The notes under the pieces were generated by a model, which was not told the origin of the DNA, made no database searches, and saw only the letters and a list, made by a program, of their open reading frames with translations. This document shows positions 30,661-41,632 of a stretch of 64,000 nucleotides of DNA, one piece after another (position 1 is the first letter of the stretch; each line of letters begins with the position of its first letter). This stretch comes from an uncultured bacterium. GTDB taxonomy: Bacteria > Acidobacteriota > HRBIN11 > JAKEFK01. The stretch is taken from contig CAVZQN010000004.1 of the NCBI GenBank assembly GCA_963777505.1, positions 1,088,001 through 1,152,000 on the forward strand, written 5' to 3'. The position numbers and the translations under genes are program-made.

Positions 30661-31488
30661 ATGAGAACTCGTATCAGCATGTTCGCTGCTCTGATTGTCG
30701 TTGTTTTTTCAACATTTGTGTTCGCACAAGCTAGAATTCAGGAACGACTCATTGTAGGCGCAACACCCATTTCGCAGGGTGATTTAAAGCTCGGCGAAAG
30801 ACTTACGACCCGGGAGGGGTTTGTAATTGAACCAGGAGTCTATCGGATTTCTGTAAACGTCAATACTCTTGGAGAGTGTCAGTTCATTTTGAGTCCTTAC
30901 AAACAGGATTCGGTAGATTCAAGCAAAGGACTTGAAAAAAATGCGATGAATACTATGCGCAAACTCGATCCGAAATCGTTTGTCGGTGCGCGTATTCAAA
31001 AAAATCTATTGGTTAAAGGGATTGCATCAAATATCGAAGGAACATTCCATGTTCAAAACATTACACCGAGCGAAGCAGTCCTCAATTTCAATTCCAAACA
31101 ATTTTCCGCCGATGCGGTTTTAGGAAGATCGTTGGACAGTAAACTTGTGGATTTGGTTCCAGTGTTCATGAGTTTGGAAGAGACAACCGAGTGTGGAGCC
31201 GATTGTGTTGAAGGCTATGTAAAAGTAACAGTTCGCAATGATGGAAACACTCCGGCTGTTGGAAAGTGGAATGTAGTCGTCATAGATCCTCAATTTTATG
31301 TTGGAACAATTACTGACATCCCACCTGCTGGCGAAAAGTCAGTCGTTTCTGCAGCGCGGATTAAACTTCCTTGTTGCAATCCAGCAAATCTGGATGCTGA
31401 AGTCCATTCTGATTTTTATAACAGTGCTGCAACCGATTCCAATGATAGCAATAACGCCAAGCGTTTTACTCTTAAGTTAAAACCCTAG
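30661..31488 (+). CDS. Secreted hypothetical protein with C-terminal CARDB/Ig-like domain
   Basis: Signal peptide ending AQA; VDLVP..VTVRNDGNTPA..DSNDSNN pattern. Confidence 0.65.
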   Translation: MRTRISMFAALIVVVFSTFVFAQARIQERLIVGATPISQGDLKLGERLTTREGFVIEPGVYRISVNVNTLGECQFILSPYKQDSVDSSKGLEKNAMNTMRKLDPKSFVGARIQKNLLVKGIASNIEGTFHVQNITPSEAVLNFNSKQFSADAVLGRSLDSKLVDLVPVFMSLEETTECGADCVEGYVKVTVRNDGNTPAVGKWNVVVIDPQFYVGTITDIPPAGEKSVVSAARIKLPCCNPANLDAEVHSDFYNSAATDSNDSNNAKRFTLKLKP

Positions 31489-31503
31489 AAGATTAAGACT
31501 TTC

Positions 31504-31533
31504 GGGCAATAGAATTCCTTCTATTGCCCTTTT
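31504..31533 (+). terminator. Intrinsic terminator
   Basis: GGGCAATAGAA-TTCC-TTCTATTGCCC followed by TTTT. Confidence 0.8.
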
Positions 31534-31540
31534 CCTTTTG

Positions 31541-31569
31541 TTGACTTTTTATCCTCTTGTTGATATATT
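31541..31569 (+). promoter_or_regulatory. Sigma70 promoter of the 2-oxoacid dehydrogenase operon
   Basis: TTGACT-N17-TATATT with extended -10 TG. Confidence 0.65.
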
Positions 31570-31682
31570 AAACGATCTCTAACTTATTGCATTTACAAGA
31601 GATTTCTAAATATTCGTTTTACCGCAGAGCTCGCTGAGCCCGCTGAAAAAAAGTAATAAAAATCCGCCTGGAGGTTCTTCAC

Positions 31683-32783
31683 ATGGCAATGGAACTCATG
31701 CAGGTCTTATCAAATGAAGGGATTGTAGATCAAAAGACGGAGCCTTCCATTCCAAAGGAGGATTTGCTTCGTTTATACAGAATCATGTTGCTGAACCGGC
31801 AGCTTGATGAGCGGATGATGAAATTACAGCGGCAGGGGCGTATTGGATTTTATTTGCAATCCATGGGTGAAGAAGCAACTACAGTTGGGACAGCATATGT
31901 TCTGAAGCCGCAAGATTGGATTTTTCCATGCTACCGTGAGCCAGGCGCAGCATTTATACGCGGATTTAGCGTGAAAGATTTTGTCTGTCAGTTGATCGGA
32001 AATGCTGGGGACCCTGTTAAAGGCAGACAGATGCCAAACCACTATGCTTTCAAAGCTGGAAATTACACTTCAATTTCGAGTCCGGTTGGAACACAAATTC
32101 CTCAAGCGGTGGGAGCTGCATGGGCCGCCAAAATAAAAAAAGAGCCAGTCGTTGTTCTGGTTTATTTTGGTGAAGGAGCTACCTCGGAAGGAGATTTCCA
32201 CGTAGGGATGAACTTTGCTGGAGTCTTCAAAACGCCTTGTATTCTTGTTTGTAGAAACAATGGATATGCGATCTCAGTCCCGCGATCCCGCCAAACAGCT
32301 TCCGAATCCATTGCCGTAAAAGCGAAAGCATACGGTTTTCCAGGAGTTCGTGTTGATGGAAACGACATTCTTGCTGTTATAAAAGCAACTCAGGATGCTG
32401 CAAATCGCGCACGATCCGGCGAAGGGCCTACATTGATCGAAGCTGTGACATACAGGCAGGGCGCACATTCTTCAAGCGATGATCCACGAGCGTATCGTCC
32501 AGATGATGAACATGAAAAGTTATTACAAACAGATCCGATCGTCCGTTTTAGAAAATATCTAGAAGAAAAGAAATTGTGGAATGCATCACAGGATGAAGCT
32601 TTGCAACAAGAAATTAATAAAGAAATCTTAACCGCCATTGAAGAAGCTGAAAAGCATGGAGTTCCTCCAGTCGAAAGTTTATTTGATGACGTATTTGCAG
32701 AGCTCACCCCAAACTTGAAAGAACAGAAAGAATATTTGCTTGATTATCGGAAGCGCAACCCGCATGGAGCGGAGGTGGAATAA
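31683..32783 (+). CDS. 2-oxoacid dehydrogenase E1 alpha, paralogue 1 (BCKDH/Gram-positive PDH type)
   Basis: [20 protein letters not shown] ThDP motif, [11 protein letters not shown]. Confidence 0.92.
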   Translation: MAMELMQVLSNEGIVDQKTEPSIPKEDLLRLYRIMLLNRQLDERMMKLQRQGRIGFYLQSMGEEATTVGTAYVLKPQDWIFPCYREPGAAFIRGFSVKDFVCQLIGNAGDPVKGRQMPNHYAFKAGNYTSISSPVGTQIPQAVGAAWAAKIKKEPVVVLVYFGEGATSEGDFHVGMNFAGVFKTPCILVCRNNGYAISVPRSRQTASESIAVKAKAYGFPGVRVDGNDILAVIKATQDAANRARSGEGPTLIEAVTYRQGAHSSSDDPRAYRPDDEHEKLLQTDPIVRFRKYLEEKKLWNASQDEALQQEINKEILTAIEEAEKHGVPPVESLFDDVFAELTPNLKEQKEYLLDYRKRNPHGAEVE

Positions 32784-33762
32784 TGCCTGTAATGAATATG
32801 ATTGGTGCGCTAAATGAAGCTTTAAAAATTGAAATGCGACGTGATCCGCGTGTCGTCCTTCTTGGTGAGGATGTCGGAAAGCTCGGCGGAGTATTTCGTG
32901 TATCGTTGGATTTGCTGAAAGAATTTGGGCGAAGATCGTGTCATTGATACGCCTTTAGCTGAGGCGGGAATTATTGGCGCTGCGATTGGAATGGCGCTTT
33001 ATGGCTTGCGGCCGGTTCCAGAAATTCAATTCTCAGATTTTATTTTTCCTGCATACGATCAAATCGTAAATGAGCTTGCGAAATACAGATACCGAAGCGG
33101 CGGTCAATATAGTTGTCCCGCTTACAATTCGTACTCCTGTCGGTGGAGGAATTCGTGGAGGACATTACCACAGTCAAAGTCCGGAATCGCTTTTTATTCA
33201 CGTTGCAGGTTTGAAAGTGGTGATCCCTTCAAATCCTTATGATGCGAAAGGGATGTTGCTTTCAGCGATTCGTGATGAAGATCCAGTTTTATTTATGGAG
33301 CCGAAAAGAATTTATCGCGCTTCAAAAGGTGAGGTACCTGAGGGCGATTATACAGTTCCAATCGGAAAAGCTGCAGTCTTACGCGAAGGATCAGATGTTA
33401 CTTTAATTTCGTATGGAGCCATGGTTCATACAGTGCTTGAGGCGGCTGAAGCAATTCAAAGTGCAGGCGGAGCTTCGTGTGAAATTATCGATCTCCGTTC
33501 GTTAATGCCGTTGGATTCTGAAACGATGATCAATTCTGTGCAAAAAACTGGCCGCGTTGTTGTTGTTCATGAAGCTCCAAAGACCTGTGGTTTTGGTGCA
33601 GAGTTAATTGCGCAGATTAATGAGAAAGCATTCTTGCATTTGCAAGCTCCACCGGTCCGCGTTACAGGCTTTGATACTCCGTTTCCTTATACACTTGAAC
33701 ATGAATATCTTCCTGATGTTGGAAGAATTCGTGAAGCAGTTGAACACGTAACTAGTTTCTAA
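32783..33762 (+). CDS. 2-oxoacid dehydrogenase E1 beta, paralogue 1 (two frameshifts, near 32928 and 33118)
   Basis: Starts [14 protein letters not shown] with TAATG coupling; GEDVG, DTPLAE, EIQFSDF, HSQSPE, DLRSL across three frames. Confidence 0.85.
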
Positions 33763-33766
33763 TTCA

Positions 33767-33846
33767 GATGCGTGATGCGACATACACGATGTGGGAAAAA
33801 GAACCAAAGTCCCATGTCGCGCATTTCGCATCGCACATCCCGTATC
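33767..33846. repeat. GATGnnn heptamer inverted element
   Basis: GATGCGT GATGCGA..GATGTGG facing TCGCATC GCACATC CCGTATC. Confidence 0.65.
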
Positions 33847-33856
33847 GAGGTTGAAG

Positions 33857-35089
33857 ATGGCTTTTGAATTCAAGATGCCTGACATTGGTGAAGGTGTTGT
33901 AGAAGGCGAAATTGTTAAGTGGCATGTGAAGCCTGGCCAGAGTGTGAAAGAAGATGATCCACTGGTAGAAGTAATGACAGATAAAGCCACGGTGATGATC
34001 CCTTCACCACGGAAAGGAAAGATTTTGGAGACACGTGGTGATGAAGGCGGCATTATCAAAGTCGGCGCTGTACTGTTAACACTCGATACCGGAGACGGAA
34101 AAGCCGTTGCACCCGAAAAGGCTGCTGCAAAACCTGAACCTGCACCACCGCAAGCTGAAAAGAAAGTCGTCAGTGAAGCCACCACAGAACCATCCAAAGG
34201 CCGTGCGCTTGCAACACCCGCATTACGAAAAATGGCTCAGGATATGGGGATTGATATTAATACCGTAACAGGAAGCGGTCCTGGCGGAAGAATCACTCGG
34301 GAAGATATTGTCAATTATTCAAGCCCAGCAAAAGCAAAAACCCCTATTCCTTTTGTTCCTTCAAGGACTCCTTCGGCACCAGGGGAAGAAAAGGTTGAGG
34401 AAATTCCATTTCGCGGGCTGCGTAAGAAAGTTGCAGAAAAAATGGTTGAATCCAAAACACATGCGGTTCATTACACATATGTTGATGAAATCGACATGAG
34501 TGAACTTGTGAAACTTCGGAATTCTGCAAAAGATCTCGCTTCTGAGCGGGGAATCAAACTCACTTACCTGCCGTTCATCATGAAAGCGCTTGTCGAAGGA
34601 TTAAAAAAATATCCGATGTTAAATGCATCGTTGGATGAAAAAGCAGGCAAGATCCTGATCAAACATTACTTTCATCTCGGCATTGGAGTCGCGACTCCCG
34701 ATGGGCTTACAGTGGTTGTTGTTAAACATGCTGATCAGAAAAGTCTCTTTGAGCTTGCGCAAGAAGTAGACAGGCTTAGCGAAGCAGCACGTCAAAATAA
34801 AGTAGCTCTGGAAGACCTGAAGGGAAGCACATTTACGATTACAAGTTTAGGAACGATGGGTGGAATGTTTGCAACACCTGTCATCAATTATCCTGAAGTT
34901 GCAATCGTAGGGATCCACAAAATTGAGAAACGTCCTGTAGTTCATGAAAACCAGATCGTCATTCGCGACAGAATGTACATGAGTCTGTCTTTTGATCATC
35001 GTGTTGTCGATGGTGCTGTTGGCGCTGAGTTTACGCAGTACGTAAAAAACTTTCTTGAAAATCCGGCTTTGATGTTTATTCAGTTTTAG
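33857..35089 (+). CDS. Dihydrolipoamide acyltransferase E2, paralogue 1
   Basis: MPDIGEG, lipoyl-Lys TDKA, E3-binding GSGPGGRI, DHRVVDG. Confidence 0.93.
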   Translation: MAFEFKMPDIGEGVVEGEIVKWHVKPGQSVKEDDPLVEVMTDKATVMIPSPRKGKILETRGDEGGIIKVGAVLLTLDTGDGKAVAPEKAAAKPEPAPPQAEKKVVSEATTEPSKGRALATPALRKMAQDMGIDINTVTGSGPGGRITREDIVNYSSPAKAKTPIPFVPSRTPSAPGEEKVEEIPFRGLRKKVAEKMVESKTHAVHYTYVDEIDMSELVKLRNSAKDLASERGIKLTYLPFIMKALVEGLKKYPMLNASLDEKAGKILIKHYFHLGIGVATPDGLTVVVVKHADQKSLFELAQEVDRLSEAARQNKVALEDLKGSTFTITSLGTMGGMFATPVINYPEVAIVGIHKIEKRPVVHENQIVIRDRMYMSLSFDHRVVDGAVGAEFTQYVKNFLENPALMFIQF

Positions 35090-35096
35090 TCTTCAT

Positions 35097-36161
35097 ATGG
35101 TTCAGGTACTCAATCAATCCACTCCGTCAAAACAACTTGACAAGCCTGATGTAATACGACTCTACAGCGAGATGCTGAAGCTTCGGTTGTTGGATCAAAG
35201 GATGTTGACTCTTCAAAGACAAGGTCGCATCGGATTTTATGGAACTGCAACCGGTGAAGAAGCTGCAGTTATTGGAAGCGCATTTGCATTAAAAAAAGAT
35301 GATTGGATTTTCCCTGCACTGCGGCAGGGAGGTGCAGCTCTTCTTCGCGGTTATCCGTTGGTTGAATACATTTCACAATGTATGGGGAATGTTGCAGATA
35401 AGACGAAAGGTCGCCAGATGCCGAGTCATTATTGTTCACGTCCTGCCAATTTTGTGAGCTGGTCAAGCTGTATCGGTACCCAGATCCCTCACGCAGTGGG
35501 TGCCGCATGGGCAATGAAGATACAAGGACATAAGAATGTAGCGGTTGGATATATGGGTGATGGCGCCACATCACAAGGTGATTTTCATGTGGCAATGAAC
35601 TTTGCAGGCGTCTTCAAAGTTCCAGTTGTATTCTTTTGCCAAAACAATCAGTGGTCGATTTCTGTAAACATCAAACAACAGACTGCATCGGAAACGATTG
35701 CGATGAAGGCCGAAGCATATGGATTTAGCGGTATAACAGTTGATGGCAACGACGCACTCATTGTATATTCCGCGATGCACGATGCTGTCGAAAAAGCCCG
35801 GGCCGGAGAAGGACCTCAATTTGTAGAAGCAATTACATATCGAATGGGCGCTCATTCATCTTCTGATGATCCGCGTCTTTACAGAGAAGATTCGGAAGTC
35901 GAAGAATGGAAACGTAAAGATCCAGTCACTCGCATGTTGAAGTATCTGGAGCAGCAAGGTTTTTGGAGCGCTGCCGAACAGGAAGCTTTAGAAGAAAAAT
36001 TGAATCAAGAAATTCTCGATGCTGTCGCAGAAGCGGAGAAAATTGGCCCGCCACCCGTTGAAACTTTGTTTGAAGATGTATATTCAGTAGAGTTACCGCA
36101 TCTTAAAGAACAAAAGATGAGCTACATGGCTTTAAAAGGTAAAACTGAACGAAAAGGATAA
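35097..36161 (+). CDS. 2-oxoacid dehydrogenase E1 alpha, paralogue 2
   Basis: [29 protein letters not shown]. Confidence 0.92.
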   Translation: MVQVLNQSTPSKQLDKPDVIRLYSEMLKLRLLDQRMLTLQRQGRIGFYGTATGEEAAVIGSAFALKKDDWIFPALRQGGAALLRGYPLVEYISQCMGNVADKTKGRQMPSHYCSRPANFVSWSSCIGTQIPHAVGAAWAMKIQGHKNVAVGYMGDGATSQGDFHVAMNFAGVFKVPVVFFCQNNQWSISVNIKQQTASETIAMKAEAYGFSGITVDGNDALIVYSAMHDAVEKARAGEGPQFVEAITYRMGAHSSSDDPRLYREDSEVEEWKRKDPVTRMLKYLEQQGFWSAAEQEALEEKLNQEILDAVAEAEKIGPPPVETLFEDVYSVELPHLKEQKMSYMALKGKTERKG

Positions 36162-36163
36162 AT

Positions 36164-37567
36164 ATGGCACAGAAAGAATGTGATGCACTTGTAATTGGCG
36201 CAGGACCAGGCGGGTATGTTTGCGCGATCCGTTTGGGACAATTAAAACAAAAAGTAATTCTTGTTGAGAAAGTATGGATCGGTGGAACATGTCTTCATGT
36301 TGGTTGTATTCCATCGAAGGCTCTTATTACCGCAGCAAAATATTTTGAAAAGCTGCATCATCTCTCAGATTGGGGAATTAATGTTTCGGGAGCCACGATC
36401 GATTTTGGGAAAATGGTTCAATGGGAAAAATCAATCATCGAAAAATTTACAGGCGGGATCCGCCAGCTATTAAAAGCGAATAATGTTGAAACGATAATGG
36501 GAACGGCCCATTTTGTTTCTCCAAACGAGGTAGAGGTTGTCAACGGCGACGAAACGACAACGATTAAAGCTAAAAATGTCGTTATTGCAACGGGTTCTGT
36601 TCCTTCCGGAATTCCTCCATTTCCATTTGATGGCGAACGAGTCATCAGCTCTACAGAAGCTCTTGTGCTTCCAGAAATTCCAAAACGCTTGTTTGTAGTG
36701 GGCGGCGGTTACATCGGATTGGAAATGGGGATCATGTATGCGCATCTTGGATCGAAGGTAACTGTCGTTGAAATGATGGATCAGTTACTTCCTGGTTTCG
36801 ATGCGGAGCTTGTTCGTACACTGACTCGAAGTATGCGTGCAAAAGGGATTGAATACTTTGTCAACGCAAAAGCTAAAAGTTTTGAAGGAACTGTAGGAAA
36901 CTTAAAAGCAGTTGTTGAAATTGAAGGTCAGGATCGTGTGTTTGAAACGGATCGAATTCTGGTTACTGTAGGGCGCAAGCCAAATACTTCAGGTCTTGAA
37001 ATTGAGAAAGCTGGAATCAAAACAGATCAACGTGGTTTTGTTCCGGTAAATAATAAATGTCAGACTTCAGTTCCAAGTATTTATGCAATCGGTGATGTGA
37101 TTGGAAATCCTATGCTTGCGCATAAAGCTTCGAAAGAAGGAGAAGTTGTTGCAGAAATCATAGCAGGACACAATCGGGTGGTGGATTATCTGGCAATGCC
37201 AGCTGTGATTTTCACTGAACCTGAAATTGCAACAGTTGGGCTTTCGGAATCGGAAGCAAAAGAGAAGGGCTATGATGCAGTGAGCGGAAAATTTCCATTT
37301 GCTGCTCTAGCGCGTGCAATGACTCAAGGATCGACTGAGGGTTACGTTAAAGTCATTTTTGATAAGGAAAGCAAGCAGGTTCTTGGGTTTCATATCATTG
37401 GTTCGGGAGCTTCCGATCTCATTGGTGAAGCTGCGCTTGCGATTGAGATGGGATCCAGTGTGGAAGACATCGCGCTCACAGTTCATCCTCATCCAACATT
37501 GACGGAATCATTGATGGAAGCGGCAAAAGCTGCTTTAGGTGAAGCCATCCATATTGTGAACCGGTAA
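36164..37567 (+). CDS. lpdA: Dihydrolipoyl dehydrogenase E3
   Basis: GAGPGGY, GGTCLHVGCIPSK, GGGYIG, HPHPTLTE. Confidence 0.96.
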   Translation: MAQKECDALVIGAGPGGYVCAIRLGQLKQKVILVEKVWIGGTCLHVGCIPSKALITAAKYFEKLHHLSDWGINVSGATIDFGKMVQWEKSIIEKFTGGIRQLLKANNVETIMGTAHFVSPNEVEVVNGDETTTIKAKNVVIATGSVPSGIPPFPFDGERVISSTEALVLPEIPKRLFVVGGGYIGLEMGIMYAHLGSKVTVVEMMDQLLPGFDAELVRTLTRSMRAKGIEYFVNAKAKSFEGTVGNLKAVVEIEGQDRVFETDRILVTVGRKPNTSGLEIEKAGIKTDQRGFVPVNNKCQTSVPSIYAIGDVIGNPMLAHKASKEGEVVAEIIAGHNRVVDYLAMPAVIFTEPEIATVGLSESEAKEKGYDAVSGKFPFAALARAMTQGSTEGYVKVIFDKESKQVLGFHIIGSGASDLIGEAALAIEMGSSVEDIALTVHPHPTLTESLMEAAKAALGEAIHIVNR

Positions 37568-37568
37568 A

Positions 37569-37625
37569 GGGACCGCAGGCAGTCTTGCCTGCACTACGGG
37601 ATCGCGCGGACTTCCAGCTGCCGCA
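37569..37625. repeat. Two degenerate GGGA-type REP-like units
   Basis: GGGACCGCAGGCAGTCTTGCCTGCA and GGGATCGCGCGGACTTCCAGCTGCCGCA. Confidence 0.65.
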
Positions 37626-37631
37626 TACACT

Positions 37632-38588
37632 ATGCAAAAACAACAGTACATAGATCTGCTTTTTTACATGAAGCAGACCCGTCGTCTTGAAGAAAAGCTT
37701 GTTGAGTTATACAAACAAGGCAAGATTTTCGGCGGACTTTACAGCAGCTTGGGCCAGGAAGCAATTTCCGTAGGAACTACATATGCATTAGGTCCAGATG
37801 ATGTTGTTGCGCCAGTCATTCGTAACATTGCAACGATTCTTATCAAGGGTTACACCCCTAAAGAAATGTTTTGCCAGTATCTCGCGCGTGTGGATAGTCC
37901 AACTCGTGGAAAAGATACGACTCTGCATTTTGGTGAGATACAACGCGGCACAGTTGCGCCGATCAGCATTATAGGTCCGCAAGTTCCGATCATGGCTGGA
38001 GTGGCTCTTGCCGGAAAAATGAGTGGTAAGAAAATGGTAACACTTACCTACATTGGCGATGGTGGAACATCAACTGGTGATTTTCACGAAGGATTAAATT
38101 TCGCTTCTGTTCAACACCTTCCTTTCATTCTGGTCATTGAAAATAATCAATATGCATATTCAACTCCAGTAAATAAACAATCCAATCTAAAAAATCTTGT
38201 CGATCGTGCAGCCGGATACAACATTCCCTCCGCTTTGGTAGATGGAAATGATGTCATCGCAGTCTATGAGGAAACACTACGGGCCAGAGAAATTTGTCTT
38301 GATGGAAACGGCCCATTTCTGATGGAATGTTTGACTTTCAGGCGCAAGGGACATGCTGAACATGATGACGCGCGATATGTACCGAAAGAAGTTTTACAAG
38401 AATGGATCGAAAAGGATCCCGTCGTAAGTTATACGAAATTTTTGTTGAGTCAAAAAATCATAAAAGATTCGGAAATTATCGAAATGGAAGAAGGGATTGA
38501 AGTTGAACTGGAGCAAGCACGAAAGGAAGCTCTGGAATCCCCATTCCCACCACCCGAAGATGCCTCCCGCGGTGTCTTTGCAGAATAA
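37632..38588 (+). CDS. ThDP-dependent dehydrogenase E1 alpha, paralogue 3 (divergent)
   Basis: GQEAISVG, GDGGTSTGDFHEGLN, ENNQYA, GHAEHDD. Confidence 0.9.
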   Translation: MQKQQYIDLLFYMKQTRRLEEKLVELYKQGKIFGGLYSSLGQEAISVGTTYALGPDDVVAPVIRNIATILIKGYTPKEMFCQYLARVDSPTRGKDTTLHFGEIQRGTVAPISIIGPQVPIMAGVALAGKMSGKKMVTLTYIGDGGTSTGDFHEGLNFASVQHLPFILVIENNQYAYSTPVNKQSNLKNLVDRAAGYNIPSALVDGNDVIAVYEETLRAREICLDGNGPFLMECLTFRRKGHAEHDDARYVPKEVLQEWIEKDPVVSYTKFLLSQKIIKDSEIIEMEEGIEVELEQARKEALESPFPPPEDASRGVFAE

Positions 38589-38610
38589 TCTTTGTGCCTT
38601 TTGTGGTTAT

Positions 38611-40590
38611 TCATTGCAGTCCTTTCAATTCATCAACGACTCGAATCCTGTTTAAGTCACCTGCAGTCAGAGTAAAACTTTGCTGATGTCCGTTCGGGCG
38701 CAGTTTGCTTGGTGGCCAGATGACGCGAACGTTCAATTCTGTGCTTTGTCCTAGTCCGAAATGGAGAACACGTGAAGACTGGCTATAGTTGCCATTCGTT
38801 CCGGTAATAAAACGCCATATTGATTTTCCAGGTTGGTCCATCGGACGCACTTCCACGCGCGCGCCGATTGCATCCCGATTTGTAAAGTCTTTGCCGCCTC
38901 CAACTAATCTAAAACTGACCCATCGATTTGAGTTGTTTGTGCGATTCAAAAACAATTGATAAGGGCCGCGATTTGCGGGCAACAATCCCGCACCGTTCAG
39001 AATAAAAAGATCCTGCCGGCCATCTTTATTGAAGTCTGCAGTCAGACCGCTATCACCACGCCCGAATTGTTCGTATGGTCCTTGCGAAAGAGGATAGCTT
39101 TGAAATCTTCCATCCGTATTTATGAAGCAAACATGCGGTTGTTTCCCGGCGCCATTGAATCCGGCATTCACCTGAAAAAGATCCAGATCAGAATCATTAT
39201 CAAGATCAACCCAAAGTGCGCTTCGGCTATTAGAAGGATCTGATGTTTCGCTTTCGGATGTTCTATTCTGAAAATTTCCGGTTCCAGTGTTTATCAAAAG
39301 GACATTTGGAAAACGTGGTGCTGAAGGCTCCATGTTTGATGTATCAAGACTGCTTAAATCCGCTTCAGTTTCAAGTAGCGCACCCGACACAAGGGGCTCT
39401 CCACCGTTTCCAGTAGCTGTTGCAACAAACCATCGGTTTGTTGAAGGATCTCGCCACAGAAATGTGCCCCGTGCGCTGCCGTCATCACGCCACTGCTGTG
39501 GTTGTCCTTCTGCCGAAAAGAAACCAGGCCCTAGTATGAAATCAGTTTTGTTAGGATTCAGACCTTGAGCCCCAACAAATAGTCTTTGAATATCCAATCG
39601 ATTTTGGGAAAAGCGAACTCGGATCCGCGCTCCTGGAGTTGCTGTAAACGAAAGTAGATCAACGCGATCTGAGCCGGCGCGTGCAATTTGCATAAAATTC
39701 AAGCGATGCTTCGCTATCACTGCACCTTCAGCCAACGCGCCATCAGTTCCACGACTTAGATACAAATCAAGGGCGCCATCATTATTGATGTCTGCTGCGG
39801 CTGCAGACCAAACAGCTGTAACAAATGGAACATTGCGAGCAGATGTCTCATCGCGAAAGGTTCCGTCACCTTGATTGATCATCAGATAAGGACGGTTTTC
39901 TGTATTTGCAAAAAATACATCCATATCTTTGTCATTGTCAAAGTCTGCCGCAATCGCGCCACCTTCGCTATCAATAAAAAGACCAAGGCCGCTTGCTTCC
40001 GTTACATCAACAAAAGTCCCATCACCGTTGTTTTTGTAAATGCGGTTTGGAGCATCCAACCGTTTTTTGTTAACAACAAGAAGATCAAGGAATCCATCTT
40101 GATCGTAATCAAACCAGACTGCCATTCGGCCACGTCCCTTTAAATCAATAATTGAAGGAATCGAGACTTGCTGAAAAGGTAATCCGCGCCCAGGATTTAT
40201 GAAAAAATCATTTGCTTTATCTGCGGTTCCATTGTGAGCGCCACGCAGAAAATAAAGATCTTGATCTCCATCATTATCAAAATCAGCCATCGCAGGTGAA
40301 TGTCGATCTGCAAATCCAAGATCTAATAGATTCCGGGCTTCATGAAACGAACTTCCATTTTTATTGGTGAAGATGCTAGGAGGCAGTCCATGATTTGAAA
40401 TTAATAAATCGGGCCAGCCATCCTGATTTGCATCATAAACTGAAGCTCCAAAAGAGGAACTAATTCGTAAAATTCCAAAAGCCTCTGTAACGTTATCCAG
40501 AAGAACAGGCCCCAGTTGGAACATCAATCCTGCATCTAAAAGAAACGGAGAACCAAGAATGGCGAAAAAAACTGCAAATCGACGTCTCAT
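38611..40590 (-). CDS. CRTAC1/ASPIC-UnbV family secreted FG-GAP repeat protein
   Basis: Several DxDxDGxxDL repeats; NRDAIGARV..LHFGLG UnbV motif; signal peptide. Confidence 0.88.
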   Translation of the reverse strand: MRRRFAVFFAILGSPFLLDAGLMFQLGPVLLDNVTEAFGILRISSSFGASVYDANQDGWPDLLISNHGLPPSIFTNKNGSSFHEARNLLDLGFADRHSPAMADFDNDGDQDLYFLRGAHNGTADKANDFFINPGRGLPFQQVSIPSIIDLKGRGRMAVWFDYDQDGFLDLLVVNKKRLDAPNRIYKNNGDGTFVDVTEASGLGLFIDSEGGAIAADFDNDKDMDVFFANTENRPYLMINQGDGTFRDETSARNVPFVTAVWSAAAADINNDGALDLYLSRGTDGALAEGAVIAKHRLNFMQIARAGSDRVDLLSFTATPGARIRVRFSQNRLDIQRLFVGAQGLNPNKTDFILGPGFFSAEGQPQQWRDDGSARGTFLWRDPSTNRWFVATATGNGGEPLVSGALLETEADLSSLDTSNMEPSAPRFPNVLLINTGTGNFQNRTSESETSDPSNSRSALWVDLDNDSDLDLFQVNAGFNGAGKQPHVCFINTDGRFQSYPLSQGPYEQFGRGDSGLTADFNKDGRQDLFILNGAGLLPANRGPYQLFLNRTNNSNRWVSFRLVGGGKDFTNRDAIGARVEVRPMDQPGKSIWRFITGTNGNYSQSSRVLHFGLGQSTELNVRVIWPPSKLRPNGHQQSFTLTAGDLNRIRVVDELKGLQ

Positions 40591-40644
40591 TTTGTTTCCA
40601 ATTCTACTTTGTGTCTCTGCGGTTCCTGTTACAATTATTTCTTG

Positions 40645-41613
40645 ATGATAACTTACCTGGAAGCGATCCGTGAAGGACTACTGGAGGAGATGGAAGCAGA
40701 TCCCCGCGTCTTTATTTTAGGCGAGGATGTTGGCGCGTTCGGTGGCGCTTTTAAAGTGACTGCAGGCCTGCAGGAAAAATTCGGTGAAGGTCGAGTCATT
40801 GATACTCCTATTTCCGAATCCGCAATTGTAGGTGCTGCAATCGGCGCAGCACTTTACGGCATGCGGCCGGTTGCTGAAATGCAATTCATTGACTTTATTG
40901 CATGTGCTTTCGACATCCTCACCAATTACGCTGCAAAAGCGCATTATTGCTGGGGAGCAGCCATTCCAATTGTCGTCAGAGGACCATCCGGCGGCCTAAG
41001 CAATGCCGGCCCTTTTCATTCACAGAATGTCGAATCCTACTTCGTTCATACTGCCGGTCTTAAAGTTGTAGCGCCAGCAACAGCCGCAGACGCGAAAGGA
41101 CTAATTAAAGCTGCTATTCGGGACCCAAATCCGGTCTTGTTTTTTGAACACAAGTATCTATACAGACGCATAAAGGAAGAAATGCCAAAGGGCGATCATC
41201 TCGTTCCAATCGGAAAAGCAGAATTGAGGCGTGAAGGAAAGCATCTTTCTATTATTACGTATAGCGCAATGGTTCATGTGGCTTTAGAAGCAGCATCAAT
41301 GCTGGCAAAAGATGGGATTGAAGCGGAAGTTCTTGATTTGCGATCTCTTTCACCTTTGGATGAAACTGCAGTTTTGGAAACTGTAAAACGCACAAATAAA
41401 GCGATTGTGTTGCACGAAGCTCCGGGTTTTGGTGGATTCGGAGGAGAGATTGCAGCAATCATTGCGGAAAAAGCATTTGAATTTTTAGATGGACCTGTTG
41501 TGCGCGTAACATCGTTAAATACTCCAGTTCCTTTCAGCCCACCGCTTGAAAAAGCATTTGTGCCTGACGCGGAGAAGGTTTATCAGGCAGCACGGAAGCT
41601 CGTTGAATATTGA
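40645..41613 (+). CDS. 2-oxoacid dehydrogenase E1 beta, paralogue 2
   Basis: TYLEAIREGL, GEDVG, DTPISE, EMQFIDF, HSQNVE. Confidence 0.92.
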   Translation: MITYLEAIREGLLEEMEADPRVFILGEDVGAFGGAFKVTAGLQEKFGEGRVIDTPISESAIVGAAIGAALYGMRPVAEMQFIDFIACAFDILTNYAAKAHYCWGAAIPIVVRGPSGGLSNAGPFHSQNVESYFVHTAGLKVVAPATAADAKGLIKAAIRDPNPVLFFEHKYLYRRIKEEMPKGDHLVPIGKAELRREGKHLSIITYSAMVHVALEAASMLAKDGIEAEVLDLRSLSPLDETAVLETVKRTNKAIVLHEAPGFGGFGGEIAAIIAEKAFEFLDGPVVRVTSLNTPVPFSPPLEKAFVPDAEKVYQAARKLVEY

Positions 41614-41632
41614 GAGAATAGAGGATAGAGGA

